Shown one piece after another: positions 1 to 9,929 of a DNA stretch of 64,000 bases. A program made the translations under genes and the position numbers. The notes under the pieces were generated by a model that saw nothing but the letters and a program-made list of their open reading frames with translations, did no database searches and had not been told where the DNA came from. The stretch comes from Planctomycetota bacterium (GTDB taxonomy: Bacteria; Planctomycetota; Planctomycetia; Pirellulales; Lacipirellulaceae): contig JBCCXZ010000012.1 in assembly GCA_039190745.1 (NCBI GenBank), forward strand, positions 8,978 to 72,977, read 5' to 3'. Numbering within the stretch: the stretch's first letter is position 1; each line of letters starts with the position of its first letter.

Positions 1-343
1 CGCTTACGTCGGCCAGACCGGGCAGCGCCGAGGCGCCCAGCGTGGCGAGTTCGGCAGCGTCACTGACGCTGTTCAAGCCGAAGAAGCCCGGCTCCTCGGA
101 CTTGCGGTCGGCGGGCGGTTCTGTCGAGCCGAAGGGCGGCACGGAAGCATCAAAGAGGATCGACTCGAAGACCGTCGTAGTCAAATCGAAACTCGGGGTC
201 AAGTTGAGATCCTCGGCGGCGCCGATCCCGACCTTTCCGCCGAGGTCGACGAGCAGCACGTCGCTGTGGCCGAAAGCGGCGCACGGCAACGAAGCAGCAA
301 CCAAAAGTGCGGCAAACTTCGCCGCGTTCACTCTAGCAGTCAT
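1..343 (-). CDS. Secreted protein, runs off the window; the predicted mature N-terminus carries His (AFG|HSDVLL). Possibly a PEP-CTERM-type metal-starvation protein
   Basis: Read by hand: ATG at 343 with GGAG upstream; MTARVNAAKFAALLVAASLPCAAFGHSDVLLVDLGGKVGIG..., open to the window edge; signal-peptide-like N-terminus. Not in the ORF track because no stop is in the window. Confidence 0.7.
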   Translation of the reverse strand, partial: MTARVNAAKFAALLVAASLPCAAFGHSDVLLVDLGGKVGIGAAEDLNLTPSFDLTTTVFESILFDASVPPFGSTEPPADRKSEEPGFFGLNSVSDAAELATLGASALPGLADVS

Positions 344-459
344 TAGAACACTCCAATGCAATCAAAGGAAACTAAAACAGGGGTGAATACTCCGCGTCGT
401 CGATGTCAATGCAAGCACGAATCAACGGTGGGCGGAACTGCATACACAAAAGCTGACTC

Positions 460-481
460 TCCTGCGGGACACCCCGCAGGA
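460..481 (-). terminator. GC-rich stem-loop between DUF1559 and the downstream secreted gene (stabiliser or weak terminator)
   Basis: TCCTGCGGG-ACAC-CCCGCAGGA inverted repeat; no immediate U-tract. Confidence 0.35.
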
Positions 482-501
482 ACTCTCATCTCCGATAGCT
501 C

Positions 502-1260
502 TCAATTCTGGGGCGGGATCGCGAAGTTAAAGCCCGACTCACACCACTCCGCGATCTGGTCCGACGCGATCGATTCCACGTGCCCGTCGGCGTACAGATA
601 GTTGGCCGACGTGCTGTTATGCCGATTGACCGCTACGCTGAGCTGGACCTCCTCAAACACCTGACCGGGCTCAGGAGTCTCGTCTTCAAACCAGTCCTCC
701 GAGTGCACATGATCGAAGTCCCCGGCGTCCGCCTGCTGCAGCTTCGTAACTTCGAACAGCATGATCGTGCGGTGGGTGGATACCAGGTCGTACAAATTCT
801 CGACAAACCCTTCCGGGCTTTCCTGGAATCCGCCCCCGAACAGACTCTTCCCGGGAGGCGCTTTCCGCAGGTACCCGTTCATCATGTAACTCGTTCCGGG
901 GGAATTGGTCGTCTTGGCTTTCTCCAGGAGCTCTACGTCCTCCGGGCAAAACCGCATCTCGTTGACGTTCTCGAGCCAGGGAGCGAGCGTGAAGATCCAC
1001 GTCTGATCCCGGTCGACCCGGTCGCCTCCATCAGCATGCCAAACGAAGGGAAACCGCCCGCCGTGGCTGTTCGCGTGCTGGTGGATCGCGAGCCCGATTT
1101 GCCGCAGGTTGTTCGCGCACTGCACACGCCGAGCCGATGCGCGAGCTGACTGGATCGCCGGCAGCAGCAAGCCGATCAGCACGCCGATGATGGCGATCAC
1201 CACCAACAACTCGACGAGCGTGAAGCCAATCGGCTGTTGCTTACGAGCAAGCCTTGCCAC
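502..1260 (-). CDS. DUF1559 prepilin-type N-terminal cleavage/methylation protein with H-X9-DG motif
   Basis: [29 protein letters not shown]...[12 protein letters not shown]-terminal [16 protein letters not shown]. Confidence 0.92.
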   Translation of the reverse strand: MARLARKQQPIGFTLVELLVVIAIIGVLIGLLLPAIQSARASARRVQCANNLRQIGLAIHQHANSHGGRFPFVWHADGGDRVDRDQTWIFTLAPWLENVNEMRFCPEDVELLEKAKTTNSPGTSYMMNGYLRKAPPGKSLFGGGFQESPEGFVENLYDLVSTHRTIMLFEVTKLQQADAGDFDHVHSEDWFEDETPEPGQVFEEVQLSVAVNRHNSTSANYLYADGHVESIASDQIAEWCESGFNFAIPPQN

Positions 1261-1374
1261 AGGAGGGGCTCTCCGAGCTCGCGCAGTCGCTCGTTCGAAC
1301 GAGCACCGCCAAAGGCGTGAACGGGACAGATACAGCGGGCAACCGACGCCGCCGCACGCAGAACGGCCGAGAAC

Positions 1375-1872
1375 TTAGCCGAGTGCAGGCGGGCCGCGTG
1401 CGGGGTACTGCAACGCGAGCCGCAGCGGCTCGGCAACGTCGGACACCGGCGGCTCGTGCGGAGCCGACCAGAAAGCAGCGGGCACTTCGACCCGCTGCTC
1501 AAGAACCCTCGCGAGCGAGAGCAGCGAGCATAGAGAGCAATCGTCGCAACCTTCTAACGAAACCTGGGCCAAGAGAGCCGGGTCCGAAGAAGGCTCTTCA
1601 CTCGTGCTTCGGGGAGTTGCCGGTTGGCCGTGGCCAAAAGGACAGTCGCTGCAGCCACACAGCGAAGCAGACGAGCCCGATTCGTTGCCGCCGCCGTGGT
1701 GGGTGCTGTGATGGTGGATGCCGTGGTGGATGCCCGCCAGTCCGTGCAGCCCATAGCCCAAAGACGCAATACATGCATAGATCCCAATTAGGGACCATAC
1801 AAGAATCGGCGATGAAGGGCGGGGAGACACGAGGCCGACGGGAGTAGAAGAACGCAGCGGGCGGGGGGACAA
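1375..1872 (-). CDS. DUF2946-like Cys/His-rich leader protein ending in RGPP (putative ribosome-arrest peptide)
   Basis: Hydrophobic N-terminal segment, HHGIHHHSTHH, CxCxxC, CDDCSLC, C-terminal ARGPPALG; start codon uncertain. Confidence 0.75.
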   Translation of the reverse strand: MSPRPLRSSTPVGLVSPRPSSPILVWSLIGIYACIASLGYGLHGLAGIHHGIHHHSTHHGGGNESGSSASLCGCSDCPFGHGQPATPRSTSEEPSSDPALLAQVSLEGCDDCSLCSLLSLARVLEQRVEVPAAFWSAPHEPPVSDVAEPLRLALQYPARGPPALG

Positions 1873-1943
1873 AGACTGCCTGCGAACAGAAGTTCACGAC
1901 ACGCCGAGTCTATGCGACCGGGGCCCGAGGGTCAAATCGTTTC

Positions 1944-1958
1944 TGCAAATCAATTGCA
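1944..1958. promoter_or_regulatory. Putative Fur-family (Zur-like) operator TGCAA-N5-TTGCA
   Basis: TGCAAATCAATTGCA; the same palindrome occurs twice between the Fur-family gene and the COG0523 gene. Confidence 0.65.
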
Positions 1959-1988
1959 AATAGAGCGGCCCGCCCCCTGCCTCGCCAG

Positions 1989-2462
1989 TTACGCCAGCGG
2001 GGCGTCGTCCAACTCCACCAAAGCACTGATATACAGCAGCGAATTCCGCTGAGCCGGCGTCGGTGCTTGCCGCACCAAGTCGAGCGCCGCCCGCAACACG
2101 TCACGACGACTGATCTGCCCCAGCAAGCGACCCTCTTCCACAACCGGCAGACGCCGGTAACTCGTCAGCAAAAACAATTGTGCGATAGATAACAATTGCG
2201 TGTCGGCCGTGATCGTCTGCGCCTCGGTGTCCATGAACGCCCGCACACGATTGCTCGGCAACTGCTCGTACGCGGCGTCCAGCAGCACGTGCATCGAGCA
2301 CTTCTCGCTGAACACGCCCAGGTACCGGCCGTCGTCGTCCACGACGGGGGCGCCAGAGATACGCTTCTTCAGCAACAGCTGCACAGCGTTCAGCACGTCC
2401 ATGTCTGGGTGCAGCGTGACGAGTTTCTTCACCATGAAGTCGCGGGCGGCGAGCTGCTTCAT
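1989..2462 (-). CDS. Tandem CBS-domain protein
   Basis: Two CBS repeats (ISGAPVVDDDGRYLGVFSE; YRRLPVVEEGRLLGQISRRD). Confidence 0.9.
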   Translation of the reverse strand: MKQLAARDFMVKKLVTLHPDMDVLNAVQLLLKKRISGAPVVDDDGRYLGVFSEKCSMHVLLDAAYEQLPSNRVRAFMDTEAQTITADTQLLSIAQLFLLTSYRRLPVVEEGRLLGQISRRDVLRAALDLVRQAPTPAQRNSLLYISALVELDDAPLA

Positions 2463-2620
2463 TGCCTGGGGTCCTCCTCGCCCAACAAGCGCGGGCGTCC
2501 ATCAAGACAAGCGAGACAATAAGAAAAGGGCCGCGTTGGCTGGTTCTGTGTCGAACTCATTACGTCCGTAATCGGTGCGTCGCGGTTGCTCTATCGTATC
2601 CGAGAATCAGTGCCAAGAGA

Positions 2621-2638
2621 TTGTGAAAACATTCACAG
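2621..2638. promoter_or_regulatory. Rex-type operator (one mismatch)
   Basis: TTGTGAA-AACA-TTCACAG versus consensus TTGTGAA-N4-TTCACAA. Confidence 0.6.
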
Positions 2639-2667
2639 CCGCAAACCCGGGTGCAAAGAGCCGTAGC

Positions 2668-2685
2668 TTGTGAAAGAATTCACAA
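2668..2685. promoter_or_regulatory. Rex-type operator (perfect match)
   Basis: TTGTGAA-AGAA-TTCACAA. Confidence 0.7.
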
Positions 2686-2739
2686 GCCGCTCACACCCGC
2701 CGAAGCCACGGGCTGTTCGGAAACAGAGAAACCACCGCC

Positions 2740-4545
2740 ATGGACCTTAGCGACGCGCTCGACGCGATTTCCGCGGCGTTCTTCGCCCTCTTGGGCGTCT
2801 GGGCCGCACTCGACCGGCGGCACTGGTTTCTGCGCTTCGCGGTAGTCTCGGTCTTTCTTTTTGCCTCGCTGCTGGTCCCCGCGTTCGAGATCGTCCTCGA
2901 ATTCGGCGTCCTGATTTTATTGATCAACGCCGGAGTTTGGCTCGCCATGCTCAGCCGAAACTGGCCGCCAAGGCTCTCCATGGAGTCGGCCCTCCTCGCG
3001 ATGGTCGTCGTCGCGGTGCTCTCTGCAGTTGCCGGCGCGGTCCCCTCGCTCGACGCCCGCACGTGGGCGTTCTGCATGTCCGTGGCGTGCGGCGGAGCAG
3101 CGATCGCGCTGGGCTGCGTGCAGCTCGTCTTCGGTTCCCGGAGGCTGCTCGTCCGCATCGCTTTTTTCCCCGCGTTTGTCGCCGCCGCACTAGCGTCGAT
3201 CGCCGTGATCCGGGGCATCAAGAACTCAGCCCTCGGACGTGGGTTTACCTTGCTGCCCAACGGGCAGACCCTGGTCGACTTCGCGAAAGACCACGGCGGA
3301 GCGTTCGTCCTGGGGACCGTCCTAATCCTCGCCGCCCTCTTGCTTGCCCGTGAGACGCAGTGGTTCCACAACGCGCCAGAAGACACAACCCCGTCTCGAT
3401 GGCGGCTCGTCGGCAGCCGCTGGACGCTCGCCACCCTCGTCACGGCGATCTTCGCACCGCTCTTCCTGATCTTTCTGCGTCTGCTCTTCCCAACGCCGCT
3501 GCCGCCGATCGAACTGCCCAACCCCAACGGCTACGACGACATCGTCGCCGCCGGGCGGATAGCCCCGCTCAAGGAACTCCAAGGCATCGCCCGAGACAAA
3601 AAGTCGGGCGTGCCGCTGAGTAAAGCGATTGTCAAGCTGGAGCCGGTTTACGAGCTCATCGATCAGTCCCTGGCCAAACCCATAGTCTCACCTCACTACC
3701 ACCCGAACGAGAGCGAGCAATCGCGCCGAGATACCGAAGCGGAGCTTTCGGCCTTGATGGCCCTCTCGTTCCGGGCAGACGCCGCCATCCGCCAATCTAA
3801 AATCGATCGCTCCGTCGATGACCTATTCAATATCTTGCGTGTCGGCAGAAGCCTCAAGAACGATATTGGCCACGCTTGGACGGCATCAAGGTGGTCCGAG
3901 TCGATCTTCATCAATCTTGTCAGCTCAGGCCTTCCGCACTTCGACCCCGGAACATGCAGGCAGATCGCACAACAGTGCATCTCGCACGACTCGACCCGCC
4001 AGCCAGTAAAGGACCTCACCCAACGCCGACGCATCATCGACGACAACCACGACTGGAAGAACAACCTCTGGAACACACTCGCGGATATCTCGGGGGAGGA
4101 TCACTACGCATGGATAGAGGATTGGCAGAAGAGCAAGTCGGTCGATATGCGGCTGCTGATCACCCAGCTCGGCGTGCAGGCTTACTACTCCGAGAGAGGC
4201 GCACTCCCCGCATCACTCGATCAACTCGTCCCCAACTACCTCGACGCGATTCCACTCGACCCCTTCGGTGATGGCCCGCTCCGCAGCGTCCGCGGCCGCC
4301 GCTCGCTGACCGTCTACAGCGTCGGCCGCGACGGGCTCGACCAAACCAACGTCGTCAGTGATACGCCGATCACCGGCGACGACGTATCGGTACCTGCCCC
4401 GCGTTACGGGCTCGCCGAGTGCTTGTGGTTCATGCTCGCCGACCGCGTCGAACCGCTCGCCCGAACCCTCCAGCAGATTCTTGTAGAAAGTGGCCGCCTC
4501 ATCCGAGATAATGCGGCCAGGCTCGAACAAGCCAACGTTCCTTGA
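2740..4545 (+). CDS. Multi-pass membrane protein with a C-terminal GspG-like tail
   Basis: Several N-terminal TM segments; C-terminal LPASLDQLVPNYLDAIPLDPF...VYSVGRDG motif. Confidence 0.65.
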   Translation: MDLSDALDAISAAFFALLGVWAALDRRHWFLRFAVVSVFLFASLLVPAFEIVLEFGVLILLINAGVWLAMLSRNWPPRLSMESALLAMVVVAVLSAVAGAVPSLDARTWAFCMSVACGGAAIALGCVQLVFGSRRLLVRIAFFPAFVAAALASIAVIRGIKNSALGRGFTLLPNGQTLVDFAKDHGGAFVLGTVLILAALLLARETQWFHNAPEDTTPSRWRLVGSRWTLATLVTAIFAPLFLIFLRLLFPTPLPPIELPNPNGYDDIVAAGRIAPLKELQGIARDKKSGVPLSKAIVKLEPVYELIDQSLAKPIVSPHYHPNESEQSRRDTEAELSALMALSFRADAAIRQSKIDRSVDDLFNILRVGRSLKNDIGHAWTASRWSESIFINLVSSGLPHFDPGTCRQIAQQCISHDSTRQPVKDLTQRRRIIDDNHDWKNNLWNTLADISGEDHYAWIEDWQKSKSVDMRLLITQLGVQAYYSERGALPASLDQLVPNYLDAIPLDPFGDGPLRSVRGRRSLTVYSVGRDGLDQTNVVSDTPITGDDVSVPAPRYGLAECLWFMLADRVEPLARTLQQILVESGRLIRDNAARLEQANVP

Positions 4546-4825
4546 CAACCGAATGGGGGGCGTTATCGCAGCGCTGATAGCCGCCGACCTACGCGTCGGC
4601 GGTGGTGCGTGAGAGGTCAATCGCAAACCCCAGTATCGAGAATCCCAATACTACGCCGCGAAAAACCCTGCACGAGATTACGTAAACCCCGAGTCGTTTT
4701 GCCCGCCGCTCGATAGCTGCGACTCTACGAGTCGCTGGCGAACCCAAGACCGATGCGGTCAAAAGAAAGCGACTAGTGTCACGCCAGAGCGTGATCGCTG
4801 TTTTCACGCCAAAACTAAGCAGCGG

Positions 4826-5938
4826 CTACAGCCCCTCGTTGAGCCCCTGCAAGTCGGCCGGCACAAACCGCCCGTCCTTCCGCAGCAGCTCGCCGTCGAA
4901 CCACACCTCGCCGCCGCCGTAGTCCTCCCGCTGGATCAGCACCATGTCCCAGTGGATCTGGCTGCGGTTGCCGTTGTCGGCGATCTCGTAAGCCTGGCCG
5001 GGCGTGAGGTGGAAGCTGCCGCCGATCTTCTCGTCGAACAGCGTGTCGAGCATCGGGTGACGCACCCGGTTGTTCGTGCCTAGCGACCACTCGCCGCAGT
5101 ACCGGGCGCCTTCGTCGCACTGGAAGATCGCGTTCAGGTCGGCCGTCCGGTTCGAGGTCGCCTTCACGATCTCGCCGTTCTTGAACTCCAGTTCCACGTT
5201 CTCGAACACCTTGCCCTGATACTCGCTCGGCGTGTTGAACCGGATCACCCCGTTGATGCTGTCCCGCACCGGCGCGGTGAACACCTCGCCGTCGGGGATG
5301 TTCCGCTCCCCGTTGCAAGGGATCACGGGGATGCCCTTGATCGAGAACTCCAGCTCGGTCCCCTCGGCCGTGATCCGCACATGGTCGGCCGCCTCCATCC
5401 GCTTGACCAGTGGCTTCTGAGCCTCGGCCATCGCCTTGTAGTCGGCCGTGCAGACGTCGAAGAAGAAGTCCTCGAAGGCCTCGGTGCTCATCCGAGCCGC
5501 CTGGGCGAACGAATCGGTCGGGTAGCGCAGCACGACCCACTTCGTCTCCGGCACCCGCGACTCGCCGTGCACGGGCTTCCACCAGTGCTCTTGGTAGAGG
5601 TCCATCCGCTCCTGCGGCACGTCAGCGAACTGCGTGGCGTTCGAGGAGCCGCGGATGGCGATGAAGGCGTCCATCGCGTCCATCCGCTCCTTCTCGAACC
5701 TGCCGGCGAGCTTCATGCTCTCCTCGGTCGCATGGCGGTAGAGCGACCGGAGGACTTCGTTACTCTGCCACTTTGCCAACGGCACAGCGCCCCGCTTGGC
5801 AGCCCCTTCGATGAGCGCACAAACCAGCGCCGGCGAGGGCAGGTCTTCCGCTTCGATGAGGATCTTCTCACCACCCTTCAACTGGCAGCTGTGGTCGAGA
5901 AGGAGGTCGGCGAGCGTCTGGATGCGGGGGTCGCGCAT
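4826..5938 (-). CDS. Aminopeptidase, peptidase family M29 (AmpS/AmpT-like)
   Basis: NIPDGEVFTAP, GEWSLG, DTLFDEKIGGSFHLTPG, SQIHWDM; start moved to MRDPRI. Confidence 0.9.
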   Translation of the reverse strand: MRDPRIQTLADLLLDHSCQLKGGEKILIEAEDLPSPALVCALIEGAAKRGAVPLAKWQSNEVLRSLYRHATEESMKLAGRFEKERMDAMDAFIAIRGSSNATQFADVPQERMDLYQEHWWKPVHGESRVPETKWVVLRYPTDSFAQAARMSTEAFEDFFFDVCTADYKAMAEAQKPLVKRMEAADHVRITAEGTELEFSIKGIPVIPCNGERNIPDGEVFTAPVRDSINGVIRFNTPSEYQGKVFENVELEFKNGEIVKATSNRTADLNAIFQCDEGARYCGEWSLGTNNRVRHPMLDTLFDEKIGGSFHLTPGQAYEIADNGNRSQIHWDMVLIQREDYGGGEVWFDGELLRKDGRFVPADLQGLNEGL

Positions 5939-6100
5939 GCGTGGGTGTCTCAATAGTGGCAAGCTGCAGGAACCGACGGAATCCCTACGATGCTACGGCT
6001 TTTGGAGGCCTTCCACAATCGGACGAGAGCGCCCCGCGCGTTATAATTCAGGTGAGCCGGCACGAAGTCGGCGCAGCACGCTTTGCAGAACGAGAACCCC

Positions 6101-8023
6101 ATGGCTACCGGCGCCCCTTCCCCCCCCGGGACCGACCACAACGCCCCGTCGTTCGCTGAGACTGCGCTCACCCTCGGCGGCAAGAGCGCCGACGAGGCCC
6201 GCCGCACCGGAGCGATCGACAAGGCAGACGACCAGGTCGAAGCGCTCTTCGCACCGCAGTACCAGACGGTCAACAGCCCGGCCCACCGCGTGGTGTGGGA
6301 GAAGGGCGCCCCGGTGTCGTTGTTCCAGAGCGAGCCCGCCGCCGCCCCGCCCGAGGCCCAGCGGGTGATGGACGACTCGGTCGAGGTCGTCCGCCGCCAC
6401 CGCCGCGGCGCCACGCTCCACGACGAAGCCGGCAAGATCCGCCCCGAGGTGATGCAAGACCTCGGCGAGGCCGGCTACTGGGGACTGCTGGTCGACCCGC
6501 AGTACGGCGGCCAGGGGACCCCGTTCGCCGCGTTCGCGCCGTTCCTTACCCGAATGGCCACCGTCGACCCCACCATCGCCGGCCTGGCGTCGGTCCACGG
6601 CTGCATCGGGGCAGTCGACCCCGTCAGCAGCTTCGGCAACGACGAGCAGAAAGAACGGTTCCTGCCCGACCTGGCCAGCGGCCAGCGGCTGAGCGCCTTC
6701 GCCCTCACCGAGCCCGGCGCCGGCAGCGACCTCACCGCCCTCCGCACCCGCGCCGTCTTAGACGGCGACCACTACGTCGTCCACGGCGAGAAGCTGTTCA
6801 TCACCAACGTCGTCCCGGGGCGCACCATCGGCTTGGTCTGTCTCATCAACGACAAGCCCGCCGTGCTTGTCGTCGACCTGCCGGCCGAAGAGTCCGAACA
6901 GTTCCAGATCCGCAAGTACGGCCTCTGGGCGCTCAAGCACACGCACAACCAGGGCCTCGTGTTCAACGGCCTCCGCGTGCCGGCGGAGAACCTGCTCAAG
7001 CCGCCCCGCGGCAACGGCCTGACCATTGCCTACCACGGCCTGAACCTCGGCCGCATCGCGCTCTGCGCCAACGCCGCGGGCACGATGCGGATCATGCTCG
7101 CCAGCATGATCCCGTGGTCCAACTTCCGCGTCACGTACAGCGAGCCGATCGCCCGCCGCGAGCTGGTTCAGCGTCGCATGGGGCAGCTCGCCGGGCTGAT
7201 CACCGCCAGCGATGCGCTGGTCGCCTGGTGCGCTCAGCTCATCGACCACGGCTACCGCGGCGAGATGGAGTGCACGATCGCCAAGGTGTTCGGCAGCGAG
7301 GCCCAGAAGCACGCGGCCATCGAACTGTTCATGAAGACCCACGGCGGCCGGTCGTTCCTGCACGGCCACCTGCTGGGCGACAACGTCCACGAGTACCTCG
7401 CCCCCTGCATTTATGAGGGCGAAGGCGAGATGCTCAGCATGGCGTTCTTCAAGTCGCTCGTAAAACACCACGGTGTGACGTACTTCGAGCCGGTCGGTAA
7501 AGCCCTCGCCGCGGCGGGCATCAAGAAGCCCAACCCGCTGAACCCCGCCCACGCCTGGGCCCTGCGGAGCGTCGCACTGCCCTTCCTCAAGTGGATGGTC
7601 GCCCGTCGGCTTGCCCCCGCGGCGAAGACCGCCATGCCCGAGATGCCCCCCGCGCTCCGCGGCCACGCCGAGTTCGCCTGCGACGCCCTGCAGCGGATGG
7701 CCGTCGAAATCTCCGGCACGATGCAGAAATTCCAGCTCAAGCTCGCCGACCGGCAGTGCCGCATGGCCGAGCTCTCGCTCCGCTGCCAGGCGCTCATCAC
7801 GGTGCTGTGCACCAGCCTCTACGGAGCGCGTCAGGAAGACGAGCTCAGCCGCGAGGCGGCGGACATCTTCTGCCAGGAGCAACGCCAGCAGTACATAGGA
7901 CGCCGGCCCTCCAACCGCTACTACAAGCAGGTCACGCAGCTCGGCGCCGCGATCGCCGAAGGCGGCTACCGGCCCATCGAGGGTCTGCAGCCGGATGAAG
8001 TGATGATGCCATACGAGGCGTAG
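6101..8023 (+). CDS. Acyl-CoA dehydrogenase family protein
   Basis: AFALTEPGAGSD, GEKLFIT, IYEGEGEM; ATG start at 6101. Confidence 0.9.
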   Translation: MATGAPSPPGTDHNAPSFAETALTLGGKSADEARRTGAIDKADDQVEALFAPQYQTVNSPAHRVVWEKGAPVSLFQSEPAAAPPEAQRVMDDSVEVVRRHRRGATLHDEAGKIRPEVMQDLGEAGYWGLLVDPQYGGQGTPFAAFAPFLTRMATVDPTIAGLASVHGCIGAVDPVSSFGNDEQKERFLPDLASGQRLSAFALTEPGAGSDLTALRTRAVLDGDHYVVHGEKLFITNVVPGRTIGLVCLINDKPAVLVVDLPAEESEQFQIRKYGLWALKHTHNQGLVFNGLRVPAENLLKPPRGNGLTIAYHGLNLGRIALCANAAGTMRIMLASMIPWSNFRVTYSEPIARRELVQRRMGQLAGLITASDALVAWCAQLIDHGYRGEMECTIAKVFGSEAQKHAAIELFMKTHGGRSFLHGHLLGDNVHEYLAPCIYEGEGEMLSMAFFKSLVKHHGVTYFEPVGKALAAAGIKKPNPLNPAHAWALRSVALPFLKWMVARRLAPAAKTAMPEMPPALRGHAEFACDALQRMAVEISGTMQKFQLKLADRQCRMAELSLRCQALITVLCTSLYGARQEDELSREAADIFCQEQRQQYIGRRPSNRYYKQVTQLGAAIAEGGYRPIEGLQPDEVMMPYEA

Positions 8024-8119
8024 TGGTCCGCGCCTTGGATTCTGTTCTACACGGTCAGCCCCACGAGAGTTCTAGGCAGTCACTCTGAACGACAACTGCA
8101 GCCATCGAGCTAGCTCAGT

Positions 8120-9424
8120 CTACTCGTCCACAGGCAACTCTTTGACCTGGAGCTCTCCTACACGCAAATCCCCGTACAGAACCTTCGCCACCGCCGGTTC
8201 GTCGGCTTGACCGTCGGGTTTAGCGTGCCACCAGGCAACGATCTTGTCTGAGTCGCCGAACCGGACGCCTTCACCGCGGTAGCGCCACACCTGATCGGCG
8301 GCAATCTGTTCGAGGAACATCGCACCCCGAGCGAACGATTGCTGCAGCTGCATGCCGATCTTCAGCCGCTCGAACCCTTCCGCCTCCAGGAGGTCCGGGC
8401 GGTTGAGCGCGTCGGCGAGCTTCTTCATCACGGCCGGTCGCTGCTGCTTGTCCCGAGCAGCCTCGAGCACCTGCTCCTGGATGATCGAGACCAGCGTCAT
8501 GGTATTGAACCGCGCCGGAAACTCATCGTCGTTCAGCTTCACGATGAAGCGGATCAGGCCAACGAATTCCTCCTGCCCGCCGCCCTGGAGGTCGACCTCG
8601 AAACTCCGTAGCGAGTACCCCTCGGGGGGTTCTAGGCTGAAGAGCGACTCGTCGACCGGGGCGTTCCAAGCGAAGTCGGTCATGGTCATCCGGCTACCGG
8701 ATTGAGTCGTATTGCGGGATTCGCTGAAGAGGATCTTCAGTGGCAGATTATTTTCGGGGTCGATCCAAATGGTGCAGAACTCTCCCTGGCGATCCACCAA
8801 GAATTTCAACGCGGACTGTTCTCCCACCTGCTCCCGGCCGACGTACTCCGCCGACTCATCGGTGAGTTTGCGGAACTCTTCGATCAGGTGCTTGTGCTGC
8901 GGTTCGCCGGGGCCGGCCGAGAGCTCCAAGGCATTGGCCTGCTTCACCGCCGGCATAAGCAACAGGCCTTTTTCTGCCCGGAAGTCGTACAGCTGCACGA
9001 AAGACGTGGGGCCGACCTCCATCTCCATCCTCATCCAGGCCGGTTCTAGCAGCGCGATCTGGCTGGCGACCTCCACTTCGTCATCCGAGTAGATCGTCAG
9101 CCGATAAGTCGCGGTCCGGATCTCCTGGAAGTGATCCAGCATCGCGGCGAAGGCGGCGCCCTGGCCGCCGTTCATCTGCACCAACAACCACCCCGCTGCG
9201 ATAAGCACAACCAACACAGCGACGGAAAGCACACGGCTCATGACTAATCCTCCGACGAGTCCAGGAAGGGGCGGAGGAGAGACCTCCTCCGGAGTTTGCG
9301 CCAGCTGCGCGACCAAACGCTTGTTCAAATCCTCGGGAGGCCCCTCGGGCACAGCCTGTCCAGCGAAGGCCTCGACCCACTGGTCGACGGGGTCAGGCGA
9401 TGGTTCGGGATGATTTCGGTTCAT
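8120..9424 (-). CDS. Putative anti-sigma factor: single TM plus periplasmic LolA-like domain
   Basis: Overlaps the 3' end of the ECF sigma gene; TM segment, then IWIDPENNLP...FAWNAPVDESLFSLEPPEGY. Start moved to MNRNHP. Confidence 0.6.
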   Translation of the reverse strand: MNRNHPEPSPDPVDQWVEAFAGQAVPEGPPEDLNKRLVAQLAQTPEEVSPPPLPGLVGGLVMSRVLSVAVLVVLIAAGWLLVQMNGGQGAAFAAMLDHFQEIRTATYRLTIYSDDEVEVASQIALLEPAWMRMEMEVGPTSFVQLYDFRAEKGLLLMPAVKQANALELSAGPGEPQHKHLIEEFRKLTDESAEYVGREQVGEQSALKFLVDRQGEFCTIWIDPENNLPLKILFSESRNTTQSGSRMTMTDFAWNAPVDESLFSLEPPEGYSLRSFEVDLQGGGQEEFVGLIRFIVKLNDDEFPARFNTMTLVSIIQEQVLEAARDKQQRPAVMKKLADALNRPDLLEAEGFERLKIGMQLQQSFARGAMFLEQIAADQVWRYRGEGVRFGDSDKIVAWWHAKPDGQADEPAVAKVLYGDLRVGELQVKELPVDE

Positions 9425-9929
9425 CGTCGCACCTGTTCGTAGAATCCATGGGCCCCATGAGTTCGCGCAGCTTCTTCTTCGCCCGGTGCAGCCACACGGC
9501 GGATTGCTTCGCCGTGCAGTGCAGTACGCGGGCAATTTCTTCGTGACTGAGCTCTTCGATTTCTCGCAGCAAGAAGACCTCGGCCTGTTTTTTCGGGAGT
9601 TCCGACAAACAGCACCGAAGCCGCTGGACCTGTTCCTGGGTATCCATCCGGTGATCGGGCCCCGGCCCGGGCGCCGGCGGCTCGTACGGTTCGGGCAGTT
9701 CCTCGGTGCCGCGGTAACGCCTCCTGAGTCGGTCCATGGCCCTGGCAGTGGCGATCCGACGTAACAGCGTCGACCAGTTCCTCACCTCATTACGCGACGC
9801 AAAACGCATCGCCTGCATGAATGTCTCTTGATAGCAGTCTTCGGTGTCTTCACGATCCGAGAGCAGCCTGTACAGCGTGCGCCAGACCTCTCGGCCGTGC
9901 TGCTCCACGATGGCCGACCAATCGATCAC
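9393..9929 (-). CDS. ECF (sigma-70 group 4) RNA polymerase sigma factor
   Basis: DTEDCYQETF region 2; LPKKQAEVFLLREIEELSHEEIA region 4. Confidence 0.9.
   Translation of the reverse strand: MIDWSAIVEQHGREVWRTLYRLLSDREDTEDCYQETFMQAMRFASRNEVRNWSTLLRRIATARAMDRLRRRYRGTEELPEPYEPPAPGPGPDHRMDTQEQVQRLRCCLSELPKKQAEVFLLREIEELSHEEIARVLHCTAKQSAVWLHRAKKKLRELMGPMDSTNRCDDEPKSSRTIA

Noticed and set aside
4589..4807. 72-aa minus-strand ORF after the aminopeptidase
   Set aside because: No motif, atypical codon usage; cannot be supported.
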